Shown: piece by piece, positions 45,489 through 55,009 of the stretch | Layout: each line of letters starts with the position of its first letter | Position numbering within the stretch: position 1 is the stretch's first letter | Assembly (NCBI GenBank): GCA_036229005.1 | Contig: JAZAMN010000024.1 | Coordinates: 64,001-128,000 of the forward strand | DNA: 64,000 bases | DNA from: Myxococcota bacterium | GTDB lineage: Bacteria; Myxococcota_A; UBA796; CAJQPC01 | Reading direction: 5' to 3' | The notes under the pieces: model-generated | Seen by the model: only the letters and a program-made list of their open reading frames with translations | What the model was told of the DNA's origin: nothing | Database searches by the model: none | Program-made: the position numbers and the translations under genes

Positions 45489-47901
45489 GGCGACGTTCAT
45501 CGACCTCGACCTTGGAAGGATCTTTACGGTCCAGTACAACCCCAAGGAATTCAAGGTCGACAAGGCGGTCTCCTGGAAGGAGCACGACGACCAGGGCCAG
45601 TCGCAGGCCCCCCTTGAGTTCCAGAAGGGGGCGCCCATCGTGGTCACGATGGAGCTCATCTTCGACACGACCCACGACGGTTCGGACGTCCGGAGCAAGG
45701 TGCAGGGCCTGATGGCCTTCACCAACGCGGACGTGCCGGTGCAGGGCGAAGGGTCGATGGACAAGAAGCGTCCGCCGCATCTGCAGTTCACTTGGGGCAA
45801 CTTCACGATCACCTGCGTGATCGAGTCCCTCAACGTCAGCTACCTGATGTTCTCCAGCGGCGGTAAGCCCATCCGGGCGCGCGTCTCGCTCAAGCTCAAG
45901 GAGTGGGAGCCCAAGGATGCCGCTGGTGGCAGCGGTGGCAGCGGGATCAGCGGCAGCAAGATCAAGCTGGTGAGCGCGGGGGCCGGGGCAACGGCCAGCT
46001 CGCTTGCCTCCCAGCACGGGACGACCGCGCGCCAGATCATGGATGACAACAACATCGATGACGGCATGGACATCCCGGCGGGCACGGAGCTCGTGATCAA
46101 CGATCCGAGCGGTGGGCCCGGCAACGTCAGCTCCAACCGCAACCAGACCTCGTCGGACTCTCCCTTCCAGGAGATCCAGGACGCCATCTCCGAGGTCCAG
46201 AAGGTGGTCAAGGAGGTCGAGAAGACCAAGAAGCAGATCGAGCAGATCTTCAACCCGACCGCGGGCAAGCCTCCTGGCAGCAAGGGAGGCTCCGGCCGTC
46301 CCGGCAGCGGTGGCGTCGCTGGCGCCCCTGGTTTCCCGGGTGCTGGTGGCGGAAAGCCGGGTAGCGCTCCCGGTGGCGCAGGCGGCTCCGGACCTGGCTA
46401 CGGTGGCGGCTACGGCGGCGGTGCAGGCGGTCCTGGCGGCGGCGGTGCAGGCGGTCCCGGTGGCGGCGGTGCAGGCGGTCCTGGCGGCGGCGGTGCAGGC
46501 GGTCCTGGCGGCGGCGGTGCTGGTGGCGGCGCAGGCGGTGCTGGTGGCGGCAAGCCCGGTGGCGGTGGCTCTTCCGGTGGTGCTGGTGGCGGCAAGCCCG
46601 GTGGCGCAGGAGGCTCCGGCGGTGGCGCTGGTGGCGGTAAGCCCGGCGGCGGTGGCTCCTCTGGTGGTGCTGGTGGGGGCAAGCCCGGCGGCGCTGGTGG
46701 TGCTGGCGGCGGCGCTGGTGGTTCCGGTGGCGGCGCAGGTGGTGCTGGCGGCGGCGCAGGTGGTTCCGGCGGCGGCGCTGGTGGTTCCGGCGGCGGCGCA
46801 GGTGGTGCTGGCGGCAGCGCAGGCGGTGCTGGCGGTGGCGCAGGTGGCTCCGGCGGTGGTGCCGGCGGCGCAGGTGGCTCTGGCGGTGGTGCTGGCGGCG
46901 CAGGTGGCTCCGGCGGTGGTGCTGGCGGCGCAGGCGGTTCCGGCGGTGGTGCTGGCGGCGCAGGTGGCTCCGGCGGCGCAGGCGGGTCCGGCGCGGGTGC
47001 TGGCGGCGCAGGCGGTGCCGGCGGTGCTGGCGGCGCAGGTGGCTCCGGCGGTTCCGGCGGCTCCGGCAGTGGCAAGCCCGGCGGCGGTAGCAGTTCGGGT
47101 GGGTCCAGCGGGTCCGGCGGCAAGCCTGGTGGCTCCGGCGGCGGTGCAGGCGGTGGTGCTGGCGGCGCAGGTGGCTCCGGCGGTTCCGGCAGTGGCAAGC
47201 CCGGAGGCGGTAGCAGTTCGGGTGGGTCCAGCGGGTCCGGCGGCAAGCCCGGTGGCTCCGGCGGCGGTGCAGGCGCAGGCGGCGCAGGTGGCTCCGGCGG
47301 TGCAGGCGCAGGCGGCGCAGGTGGCTCCGGCGGTGGTGCAGGCGCAGGCGGCGCAGGTGGCTCCGGCGGTGGTGCAGGCGCAGGTGGCTCCGGCAGTGGC
47401 GCCGGCGGATCCGGCTCCGGCAAGCCCAGCGGCGGCAGCTCCTCCTCTTCTGGAGGGGCCGGCGGCAAGCCGGGTGGTGCCGGTGGCTCGGGCGGCGGTG
47501 CGGGGGCTGGTGGCGCTGGCGGCTCCGGCTCTGGCAAGCCTGGCGGGGGCAGCTCGTCGGGTGGCAGCTCCTCGGGTGGCAAGCCCAGCGGTGCCGGCGG
47601 CTCCGGGAGCAGTGGTGGCTCGTCGAGCGGCAAGCCCAGCGGTGGGAGCTCGTCGGGCGGAGGTGGAGCCAAGCCCAGCAGCGCGGGTGGCGGCAGCTCT
47701 TCGGGCGGGAAGCCCAGGGGAGGCAGCAGCTCGGGTAGCGGCGGCAGCGGCCCCTCAGGCAGCAGCAGCGGCTCCAGTGGACCTTCGGGTCCTCGTGGTC
47801 CCCGTCAGGCGAACACCCAGGGTGGAGGCCGAAAGGTGGCCTCCGACGTCAAGTCGGCCAAGGCGAAGGCTGAGGCCAAGGCTTCGGAAGGAAAGGAGTA
47901 G
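45469..47901 (+). CDS. CIS tube initiator (Afp7/Pvc7-like) with LysM-like domain and very long Gly-rich tail
   Basis: VQYNPKEF, MELIFDT, RPPHLQFTWG, VIESLNVSYLMF..GKPIRARVSLKLKE; LASQHGTTARQIMDDNNI..IPAGTELVI; AGGAGG SD. Confidence 0.88.
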   Translation: MLTSGGKATFIDLDLGRIFTVQYNPKEFKVDKAVSWKEHDDQGQSQAPLEFQKGAPIVVTMELIFDTTHDGSDVRSKVQGLMAFTNADVPVQGEGSMDKKRPPHLQFTWGNFTITCVIESLNVSYLMFSSGGKPIRARVSLKLKEWEPKDAAGGSGGSGISGSKIKLVSAGAGATASSLASQHGTTARQIMDDNNIDDGMDIPAGTELVINDPSGGPGNVSSNRNQTSSDSPFQEIQDAISEVQKVVKEVEKTKKQIEQIFNPTAGKPPGSKGGSGRPGSGGVAGAPGFPGAGGGKPGSAPGGAGGSGPGYGGGYGGGAGGPGGGGAGGPGGGGAGGPGGGGAGGPGGGGAGGGAGGAGGGKPGGGGSSGGAGGGKPGGAGGSGGGAGGGKPGGGGSSGGAGGGKPGGAGGAGGGAGGSGGGAGGAGGGAGGSGGGAGGSGGGAGGAGGSAGGAGGGAGGSGGGAGGAGGSGGGAGGAGGSGGGAGGAGGSGGGAGGAGGSGGAGGSGAGAGGAGGAGGAGGAGGSGGSGGSGSGKPGGGSSSGGSSGSGGKPGGSGGGAGGGAGGAGGSGGSGSGKPGGGSSSGGSSGSGGKPGGSGGGAGAGGAGGSGGAGAGGAGGSGGGAGAGGAGGSGGGAGAGGSGSGAGGSGSGKPSGGSSSSSGGAGGKPGGAGGSGGGAGAGGAGGSGSGKPGGGSSSGGSSSGGKPSGAGGSGSSGGSSSGKPSGGSSSGGGGAKPSSAGGGSSSGGKPRGGSSSGSGGSGPSGSSSGSSGPSGPRGPRQANTQGGGRKVASDVKSAKAKAEAKASEGKE
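46264..47805 (+). repeat. Coding Gly-rich tandem repeat array
   Basis: 24-bp GGGGAGGP units, 30-bp GGAGGSGGGA units, recurring GKP, duplicated SGSGKPGGGSSSGGSSGSGGKPGG block. Confidence 0.9.
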
Positions 47902-47904
47902 CGC

Positions 47905-48942
47905 ATGTCTTCGCAGCCTCGCTCCACCGCGGTCGGCTTTGAAGTGACCATCGGTGGCCAGACCTTCACCCAGGCCTCGGAAGAGGGTGGTGTGCAGATG
48001 CTGGTCGTCGAGGATCACGTCGATATGACCGACATGCTCACCCTCCGGATGGGCGGGACCCAGGGCCAACCGGACTGGAACTGGAAGATCGGCGACGAGG
48101 TCGAGTGCAAGCTCGGCAGCGGCGGCACCATCTTCAAGGGGCAGATCACCGCCATGGAGCCCGGGTACCAGGTCGAAGGGACCAGCACGGTCACCCTGCG
48201 GGCCATGGACCAGATGCACAAGCTGGGCCGTGGCCGGAAGACCCGCACCTTCGAGGACATGAAGGACTCCGACGTCGTCAGCCAGGTCGCCGGTGAGGCC
48301 GGCATCCCGACGGGCAACATCGAGGCCACTTCGGAGATCCACCCCTACATCCTGCAGCGCAACGAGTCCGACGTCGCCTTCCTCAAGCGGCTGGCGGCGC
48401 GGAACAACTACCTGCTGACCATGGAGGACGGGTCCATCGCCTTCAAGCGCGCCCAGTTCGGTGGCGGTGGGTACAAGCTCAAGATGGGGGACAACCTGCG
48501 CAGCATGCGGATGTCCTTCAACTCCATGGACCAGGTCCAGAAGGTGGTCGTGCGCGGGTGGGACCCCCACACCAAGCAGGCCATTGTCGGGGAGGCCACC
48601 ACGGCCGACGTCGAGCGCATCGGCGGAGGTGAGGTGGGCGCGGACACCGCGGGCCAGTTCGGAGAGTCCACTGCGTACATCACCGATGTGCCGGTGTTCT
48701 CCCAGGCCGCCGCCAACGAGATCGCAAAGGTCGAGATGAACCGGCTCGCCCGTCAGTTCGGCCGCGGCAGCGCCACGGTCCAAGGCAACGAGCAGATCCG
48801 CGCGGGCACGACCGTCGAGGTCGAGGGGCTCCAGAAGGGCAACAACGGCACCTTCTTCATCCTCTCCAGCCGGCACGTGATCTCCAACCGCTCCGGCTAC
48901 ACCACCGAGTTCAGCTTCTGCACCAACACGATGGGCACCTGA
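47905..48942 (+). CDS. Baseplate hub (phage late control D / gp27-like, VgrG N-terminal part only)
   Basis: GRKTRTFEDMKDSDVV, QRNESDVAFLKRLAAR, VVVRGWDP, GNEQIRAG; ends without an OB-fold or beta-helix. Confidence 0.9.
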   Translation: MSSQPRSTAVGFEVTIGGQTFTQASEEGGVQMLVVEDHVDMTDMLTLRMGGTQGQPDWNWKIGDEVECKLGSGGTIFKGQITAMEPGYQVEGTSTVTLRAMDQMHKLGRGRKTRTFEDMKDSDVVSQVAGEAGIPTGNIEATSEIHPYILQRNESDVAFLKRLAARNNYLLTMEDGSIAFKRAQFGGGGYKLKMGDNLRSMRMSFNSMDQVQKVVVRGWDPHTKQAIVGEATTADVERIGGGEVGADTAGQFGESTAYITDVPVFSQAAANEIAKVEMNRLARQFGRGSATVQGNEQIRAGTTVEVEGLQKGNNGTFFILSSRHVISNRSGYTTEFSFCTNTMGT

Positions 48943-49037
48943 GCTCGGGCCCCCGGGCCCCGTCCGAACGCCCCCAGAGGTAGACTCCCGGGGCACCGCG
49001 CGGAGGCACCCGCGCAGACCTGCACTGGAGCAGCCTA

Positions 49038-49427
49038 GTGTCTCAGCGAGACTTTCTCGGGAAGGGGTGGGCATTCCCCTTCGGATTCGACCGCGCGAGC
49101 GGTGGGGTCCGGACCTCCTCGGGCGAGGAGAACATCCGGCAGTGCATCACCGTGATCCTGTCCACCCGGCCGGGTGAGCGGCAGATGCTCCCGGAGTTCG
49201 GCTGTCGGCTGCACGAGGTCCTGTTCGCGCCGAACACCCAGGCGACCTCGGCGCTCATCGCGCACCATGTCAAGACCGCGCTCGTCCGCTGGGAGCCACG
49301 CATCGAGGTGCTGGACGTGCAGGCCCAGGCCCAGGCTGATGGGTCGGTCAACGTCGACGTGCACTACCTGATCAAGGCCACGAACACCCGCCAGGTCCAC
49401 ACCACGGCCCTGGCCAACACCCGCTGA
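49038..49427 (+). CDS. Baseplate wedge GPW/gp25 family
   Basis: FLGKGWAFPF, ILSTRPGERQMLPEFGC, RWEPRIEV. Confidence 0.95.
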   Translation: MSQRDFLGKGWAFPFGFDRASGGVRTSSGEENIRQCITVILSTRPGERQMLPEFGCRLHEVLFAPNTQATSALIAHHVKTALVRWEPRIEVLDVQAQAQADGSVNVDVHYLIKATNTRQVHTTALANTR

Positions 49428-49433
49428 GTCTCC

Positions 49434-52400
49434 ATGCCGATCAAGCCGCCAAACCTCGACGATCGCCGCTACGAAGACATCGTCGCCCAGGCACGCTCCC
49501 TGATCCCCCAGTACACCCCCGAGTGGACCAACCTGGGGGACGCGGATCCGGGAATGACCCTCGTCCAGCTCTTCGCCTGGATGACGGAGATGACGATCTA
49601 CCGGCTCAACCGGGTGCCGGACAAGACCTACATCCACTTCCTGAACTTCATCGGCGAGGAGCGCCGGGCGGCCCGACCCTCCGTGGCTCCGGTGACGTTC
49701 AGGCTGCGGGCGGATCACCCGGTCGAGGTCCCTGCGTTCACAAAGGTCGCTACCCGGCAGCGTGAAGACCTTCCGGCGCTGGACTTCCTGACCTCGCAGG
49801 CGCTGACCGTGCACGACAGCAAGGTCGTACGCGTCATGGCCGTCAAGGGTGGGCCCACCCCCTCCGTGCGGGAGTTGCCCTTCTCCTGGCTCGGTGGAGA
49901 CCCCAGCGCGCTCTCCTTTGCCGGTGGAGCGGGCGTCGCGGTCTTCGAGATCGACCCCCTGCACTTCGGGCCGGACGCCTACACCCCGCATCAGTACCTC
50001 TACTTGGGCCACGACGACCTCCGCCTGATGGACATCGATCCCGAAGAGGACACGGACCGGCCCCTCGGACGCCTCCAGGCCCGCCGGCGCTCCGGCGACC
50101 CCCTGTCGATCATCAACTTCTTCCGCTGGGAATACCCCACGGAGCAGGGCTGGCAGCCGATCTACGTCGAGCGCGAGGGCGAAGCCCCCTACGGCATCCC
50201 CGAGCACACCCTGATCACGGCCATGCCGGGCATCATGCCGCTGGATCGCTTCGGGCTCCAGGGCGCGGAGTTCATCAAGCCGGCCTCCGTCCGCGACCAG
50301 GACTGGTGGATCCGCGGGACTCTGGACTACGAGGCCTGGATGGCCGCCCGGATGGATCAGGAGTCGCGTGAGCAGGGTGGGGGAGACCTCTCCATCACCT
50401 GGCACGATGACCGCGGCGGCGAGGTCCGGGAGCTCAACAACTGGTCGGTGCGCGCTGCGGGCCGGACGCTGGAGTTCTACCTCAAGGATGCCCCCCTGAT
50501 CCGCGGTGGCTGGTCCCTGCGGCTCTCTCTGGTGGACCGGGGGCTGCAGGCGGGGAGGACGGCTGCGTTCCCCAAGTACCGCTTCTCCTACCGCCGGGGT
50601 GAGGTCTGGCAGCCCATCCCTGACGATCGCGTCCGGGTCGAGGGCACCGAGATCATCCTCCACGGTCCCCTCAACGACATGGCCCGCGACGGCTACAACC
50701 TGCGGGCGGAGCGCATCGAGACGGTGTTCCTGCGCGGGCTCATCAAGGACCTGGAGCTGGACCTGAACTGGTCCCGGCCGGTCGAGCTCTCCCTGCTCGC
50801 GGGTGACAACCCCTTGTCGCTCGTGCAGCTCCCCATGGACGAGCGCCCCTGGTCTCCCTTCCAGATGTCGTCGGTGCTCCCGCCCACCATCGGGCGGCGC
50901 CTCTACATCGGCTCGGACCTCTTCGAGAACCGGCAGAAGCTGCCCATCCTGGTCGAGTTCGAGATCGCCTTCGAGCTCAACGGCGAAGAGATCGAGGAGC
51001 CCGTCGACGACTACAAGCTGCAGCTCACCTACCGCGCCGACGACAACTGGCGCGTGGTCTACAGCCCAGACCAGCGCTACGCCGGCTTCACCCTCTCGGA
51101 CATCGACCCCGAGGGCGCGAAGAAGGCTGGGCGGCGCCGGGTGCGCATCGTCATCGACCCCGCCGAGCAGCTCAAGGGACTGGCCCGCCACGAGGTCTCC
51201 AACATCGAGACCACCTGGCTGCGGCTGGAGCTCATCAAGTCCAACCTCACCGGTCAGGACAAGAAGAAGAACGTGCACCCGGTGGTGCCGCGCATCCACA
51301 ACCTCCGCCTGGGGCCCGAGAAGACCCTGGGGATGGAGGCCTACGACCAGCCCATGCCCAACCCCCTGGTGGCCCAGGTGGATCACCGCGAGCAGAACCG
51401 CCGCTTGACGCGCTGCGTGTCCCGGGTGGCCGGCCGGACCTCGGAGAAGCACCCCTTCTTCCGCTTCGTGGACCTGGAGGAGGAGACCCTGTCCCTCTAC
51501 CTCCAGTTCGACAAGCCGCTCCCCCGGGGAGAGCGCCACGCCCTGCACTTCCGCTGCCGCGGCGAGGCCTTCCTGCCCGAGGGCACCTACGTGGAGTGGG
51601 AGATCCTGGAGCGCCGGCAGCACGGCCGCACCGCCTGGCGTCGGCTGGTTTCCTCCGGTGACAGCGGCCCGGGTGTCTACGAGCTCTCCCGCAGCGGCGA
51701 GCTGGAGTTCGCCCTCCCGGACATCCCCCCGGTTCCGGACGACGGCTTCTGGCTGCGCGCCCGCTTCGTCCTGCCCGAGGACACCGGCCTGGACGCGCTC
51801 CCCGGTCTGCCGCCCCTGACCCACCTGATGCTGAACACCGTCGAGGTGGTCAACCTGGACACCGTCCGCGCCGAGCGCTTCTCGGGACTGGGGGTGCCCA
51901 ACCAGGTGCTGGAGCTGCGCGAGCACCCCATCTTCATCCACCCCGGAGAGCAGGACAAGGCGGTCTTCCCGCGGCCCGAGCTGTTCACGGACGTGGCCGT
52001 GACCGTCATCTACCCCGACGGCACCCGCGAGCCCTGGTACCGGGTCGATGACCTGCTGCTCACCGGCAAGGACGACCCGGTCTACACCGTGGACCCCGTG
52101 GACGGCACGCTGCACTTTGGCAACGGCATCCGCGGCCGCATGCTGCCCGTCGGGACCAACAACGTCCTGGTCGACGTCTACCACGTCGTCCCCGGCGAGA
52201 AGGGCAACATCGGGGCCCACGAGATCCGCGTCGCGGACGGCTTCGGGGACCGGGTGGAGATCTCCAACCTGCTGCCGGCCACCGGCGGGCGGGACGCCGA
52301 GTCCATCGACGAGATCATCGAGCGGGCCCCCTCGCTGCTGACCTCCCGGGACCGGGCCGTGACCCGTCAGGACTTCGAGATCATCGCCATGGAGGCCTCC

Positions 52401-52946
52401 GGCGAGGTCGCTCGCGCCGCCTGCGTGGGCGAGATGAAGCGGGACGGCACCGTCGATGTGGTGGTGCTCCCCCGGCGCCGCGAGGGCGAGATCCTGCCCG
52501 ACCCCTTCCTGAGCGTGGGCCTGCGGGACCACGTGGAGAGCTACCTGAACCGCCGCTGCCTGATCAACGTGCAGCCCAAGGTCCGGCTGGCCAGCTTCCT
52601 GCCCATCGACGTGAGCATCACCCTGCGGCTGCGGCCCAACGCCAACGTGCTGGTGGTCCGGGAGCAGGCCGAGCTTTGGATCCGCTACTTCCTGGACCCC
52701 TATGTCGGCGGGCTGGACGGCGAGGGCTGGCCCTTCTCCGCCACCCTCTTCGCCCAGGACTTCGGCCGAATGGTCGCCGACATCGCCGAGGTGCGGCACG
52801 TCTCCGAGGTGCGCGTCTACGACGTCAGCGACAAGGCCCGCCGCGCCCCCGGCTGGGAGGAGAGCGAGGGCGTCGAGGAGCTGCACCTGGACCGCCATGA
52901 CCTGGTGGCGGTGCGCAAGGTGCGCGTGAAGATCGAGGACCGCTGA
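49434..52946 (+). CDS. Baseplate J-like protein (Afp11-like) with large central insertion
   Basis: PNLDDRRYEDIV..PEWTN..DPGMTLVQLFAW; FGNGIRG; ATGGRDAES; DRAVTRQDFE. Confidence 0.93.
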   Translation: MPIKPPNLDDRRYEDIVAQARSLIPQYTPEWTNLGDADPGMTLVQLFAWMTEMTIYRLNRVPDKTYIHFLNFIGEERRAARPSVAPVTFRLRADHPVEVPAFTKVATRQREDLPALDFLTSQALTVHDSKVVRVMAVKGGPTPSVRELPFSWLGGDPSALSFAGGAGVAVFEIDPLHFGPDAYTPHQYLYLGHDDLRLMDIDPEEDTDRPLGRLQARRRSGDPLSIINFFRWEYPTEQGWQPIYVEREGEAPYGIPEHTLITAMPGIMPLDRFGLQGAEFIKPASVRDQDWWIRGTLDYEAWMAARMDQESREQGGGDLSITWHDDRGGEVRELNNWSVRAAGRTLEFYLKDAPLIRGGWSLRLSLVDRGLQAGRTAAFPKYRFSYRRGEVWQPIPDDRVRVEGTEIILHGPLNDMARDGYNLRAERIETVFLRGLIKDLELDLNWSRPVELSLLAGDNPLSLVQLPMDERPWSPFQMSSVLPPTIGRRLYIGSDLFENRQKLPILVEFEIAFELNGEEIEEPVDDYKLQLTYRADDNWRVVYSPDQRYAGFTLSDIDPEGAKKAGRRRVRIVIDPAEQLKGLARHEVSNIETTWLRLELIKSNLTGQDKKKNVHPVVPRIHNLRLGPEKTLGMEAYDQPMPNPLVAQVDHREQNRRLTRCVSRVAGRTSEKHPFFRFVDLEEETLSLYLQFDKPLPRGERHALHFRCRGEAFLPEGTYVEWEILERRQHGRTAWRRLVSSGDSGPGVYELSRSGELEFALPDIPPVPDDGFWLRARFVLPEDTGLDALPGLPPLTHLMLNTVEVVNLDTVRAERFSGLGVPNQVLELREHPIFIHPGEQDKAVFPRPELFTDVAVTVIYPDGTREPWYRVDDLLLTGKDDPVYTVDPVDGTLHFGNGIRGRMLPVGTNNVLVDVYHVVPGEKGNIGAHEIRVADGFGDRVEISNLLPATGGRDAESIDEIIERAPSLLTSRDRAVTRQDFEIIAMEASGEVARAACVGEMKRDGTVDVVVLPRRREGEILPDPFLSVGLRDHVESYLNRRCLINVQPKVRLASFLPIDVSITLRLRPNANVLVVREQAELWIRYFLDPYVGGLDGEGWPFSATLFAQDFGRMVADIAEVRHVSEVRVYDVSDKARRAPGWEESEGVEELHLDRHDLVAVRKVRVKIEDR

Positions 52947-54034
52947 TGCTGCCCACCCTCCGCCGCGGCGGCCCGCCGGATCTGCGTGATGACTACCTGC
53001 ACCTGCGCACGGTGGTCCAGATCCGCTACCCCGTCCGACAGGCCCAGGCTTATCTGAGGCGGGTGTTGGGCAACCCCGTCCGGGTGCACCTCGTCGAATC
53101 GCAGCGGGGCGAACCCATCGGGAACGTCCGTGCCATCGAGGTCTTCCCGGCCGCGGGGGGCGACCCGGTGCTCCTGCGCGCGGTCCGCTGCCTGCCCGAC
53201 GGCAGTGAGGCTGGCCCCTTCGTGCCGGAAGAGCTCACCGAGACCCAGGTGCGCGTGACCACCTGGGACGGCCGGCCCCCTCCCGGGCTCGGTCCCCAGG
53301 ACTGGGTGATCCTGCACGTCCCGGTCAAGAGCTACATGCGCTTTCTGCCCGGGGCCTTCCAGGGCGCCGTGCCCATGCAGCGCAAGGATGTCGTCCGGGC
53401 GGACGAGGTCAGCCTGCGCCGCTGGGGACACGGCGAGAGCCAGGAGCAGAGCACCGAGGTCCAGGCGCAGGACGCAGACGCCATGCGGCGGATGCTGTTC
53501 ATCTTCCAGCACCTGATGACCACGGTGGTCGACAAGGTCACCGACATCCCGTCCATCACGGACCCGCTGACCTGCGATCCCCGATTCCTGCCCTGGATGG
53601 CGAGCTGGGTGGGCTTCTCGCTGGACGAGAGCCTGCCCCTGCACCAGCAGCGTGAGCTCACCCGCCGGGCCATCCGGCTGTACCGCACCCGCGGCACCAA
53701 GCAGGGGATGGAGGAGATCGTCAAGGTCCTCACCAACGCCCCGGTGGCTGTGTCCGAGCGGGAGAAGCCCCAGCCCTTCGTGCTGGGCGCGGCGACCCTG
53801 GCTGGCGGCGCGAACATCTCCGAGCGCTACGAGCGCGGAGAGCCGCCTCCCTTCTACCTGGTGCGGCCCGAACGGCCGGACATCTCCTTCTTTGCCCTGG
53901 TCCTGGAGCGTCGCGAGCGCTTTCAGCGCCGCTTCTCCGAGCGCGCCCCCGAGGTGCTCCGTCGCATCTCCAAGGTGGTGACGGACGAGAAGCCCGCCCA
54001 CGTGACCTTCACCATCCGCTTCGAGAAACGCTGA
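52946..54034 (+). CDS. Baseplate/tail protein (P2 gpI-like) with N-terminal extension
   Basis: YMRFLPG, DPLTCDPRFLPWMASWVG, LYRTRGT, EKPAHV. Confidence 0.88.
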   Translation: MLPTLRRGGPPDLRDDYLHLRTVVQIRYPVRQAQAYLRRVLGNPVRVHLVESQRGEPIGNVRAIEVFPAAGGDPVLLRAVRCLPDGSEAGPFVPEELTETQVRVTTWDGRPPPGLGPQDWVILHVPVKSYMRFLPGAFQGAVPMQRKDVVRADEVSLRRWGHGESQEQSTEVQAQDADAMRRMLFIFQHLMTTVVDKVTDIPSITDPLTCDPRFLPWMASWVGFSLDESLPLHQQRELTRRAIRLYRTRGTKQGMEEIVKVLTNAPVAVSEREKPQPFVLGAATLAGGANISERYERGEPPPFYLVRPERPDISFFALVLERRERFQRRFSERAPEVLRRISKVVTDEKPAHVTFTIRFEKR

Positions 54035-54044
54035 GGAACCCGAC

Positions 54045-54968
54045 ATGGAGTTCTCCCGCCTCAACCCCTTCGAGGGGCTCTGCCTGACCAGCGCGGACCT
54101 GCGCGACGAGCAGGCCTACCACCGCCAGAACCTGCACCGCCACGCCAACTACATGCACAGCCACGGCATCGTGCAGGGCCTGCAGGTGGAGCTGGAGTCC
54201 CGGCAGGGCAAGTACCTGGCGCGCATCTCCGCCGGCTACGGCCTGACCCGCGCGGGCCAGGGCGTGGAGCTCGAAGAGGCCAAGCAGGTCATCCTCGAGG
54301 TCCCCAAGCAGGACGGCGAGTACATGCTCTGGCTCTTCCACGTGGAGCAGCCCGACGAGCACAGCCAGCGGCCGGTCTTTGACACCCAGGAGCTCCGTGC
54401 CGCCCGGGTGTTGGAGCGGGCCGCCCCCGCGCTGCATCCCGCGGACGAGGACCACGATGGCGCCGTGGCGCTGGCCCGACTGAACGTGCGCCTGGGGCGC
54501 ATCGTGCACGTCAAGCTCCCCGTTCCTCGGGCGGGTCGGCAGGCGCGGGCAGCGGAGAGCTACCTCAAGCCCCGGGTGGTGGAGTTCATCCGTCTGAGCA
54601 AGAAGGTCATGCAGAACCTCTTCAGGACGGCCTTGGTCAAGGAGCTGGACCTGGCGGTGCTGAACTTCTCCAGCGCCTTGGTGAGCTCCGAGTTCCTGCT
54701 GATCGAGGAGGGGACCGCCGACCGCGTGCTCTACCGCACCGCAGGCAGCCTGATCAGCTACGCGCACGACTACTACAACGCCATGCCCCGCACGACGGAC
54801 CGGGTGGCCAAGTTCACCGAGTTCGTGCGGCGGGTGCATGCCGAGCTGCCCGGCCAGGAGCAGGGCGACGAGGTCTGGCTCAAGTGGTTCGAGAAGTTCG
54901 AGCGCCTGCTCACCCCGCTGAACAAGATCAGCGAGGAGCTCGAGAAGACCGTCGAGGCCCAGCGATAG
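54045..54968 (+). CDS. CIS fibre-base-like N-terminal domain plus helical C-terminal domain
   Basis: RLNPFEGLCLTSADLRDEQAYH..HSHGIVQGLQV..ISAGYGL..GQ. Confidence 0.7.
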   Translation: MEFSRLNPFEGLCLTSADLRDEQAYHRQNLHRHANYMHSHGIVQGLQVELESRQGKYLARISAGYGLTRAGQGVELEEAKQVILEVPKQDGEYMLWLFHVEQPDEHSQRPVFDTQELRAARVLERAAPALHPADEDHDGAVALARLNVRLGRIVHVKLPVPRAGRQARAAESYLKPRVVEFIRLSKKVMQNLFRTALVKELDLAVLNFSSALVSSEFLLIEEGTADRVLYRTAGSLISYAHDYYNAMPRTTDRVAKFTEFVRRVHAELPGQEQGDEVWLKWFEKFERLLTPLNKISEELEKTVEAQR

Positions 54969-55009
54969 CTGTCCCCGGGGGCTCCGCGGCCTCCTGTTAG
55001 ACTCCCGCC

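Noticed and set aside
46410..47672. 420-aa Pro-rich ORF on the minus strand and 611-aa Ala/Val ORF (46112-47947)
   Set aside because: Antisense and off-frame shadows of the Gly-codon repeat; only the Gly frame is continuous with a recognisable domain
46264..47805. Repeat array as CRISPR or non-coding satellite
   Set aside because: No unique spacers; unit lengths are multiples of 3 with synonymous variation, so it is coding
49035..52898. Long antisense ORFs (also 12740-15193, 22117-24789, 36413-38647, 2-1339)
   Set aside because: Typical stop-poor shadows of high-GC genes with no motifs
36509..54968. Prophage or T6SS interpretation
   Set aside because: No capsid, portal, terminase or integrase, and no TssJLM/ClpV; Pvc16 plus an Afp15-like ATPase indicate an eCIS-type system
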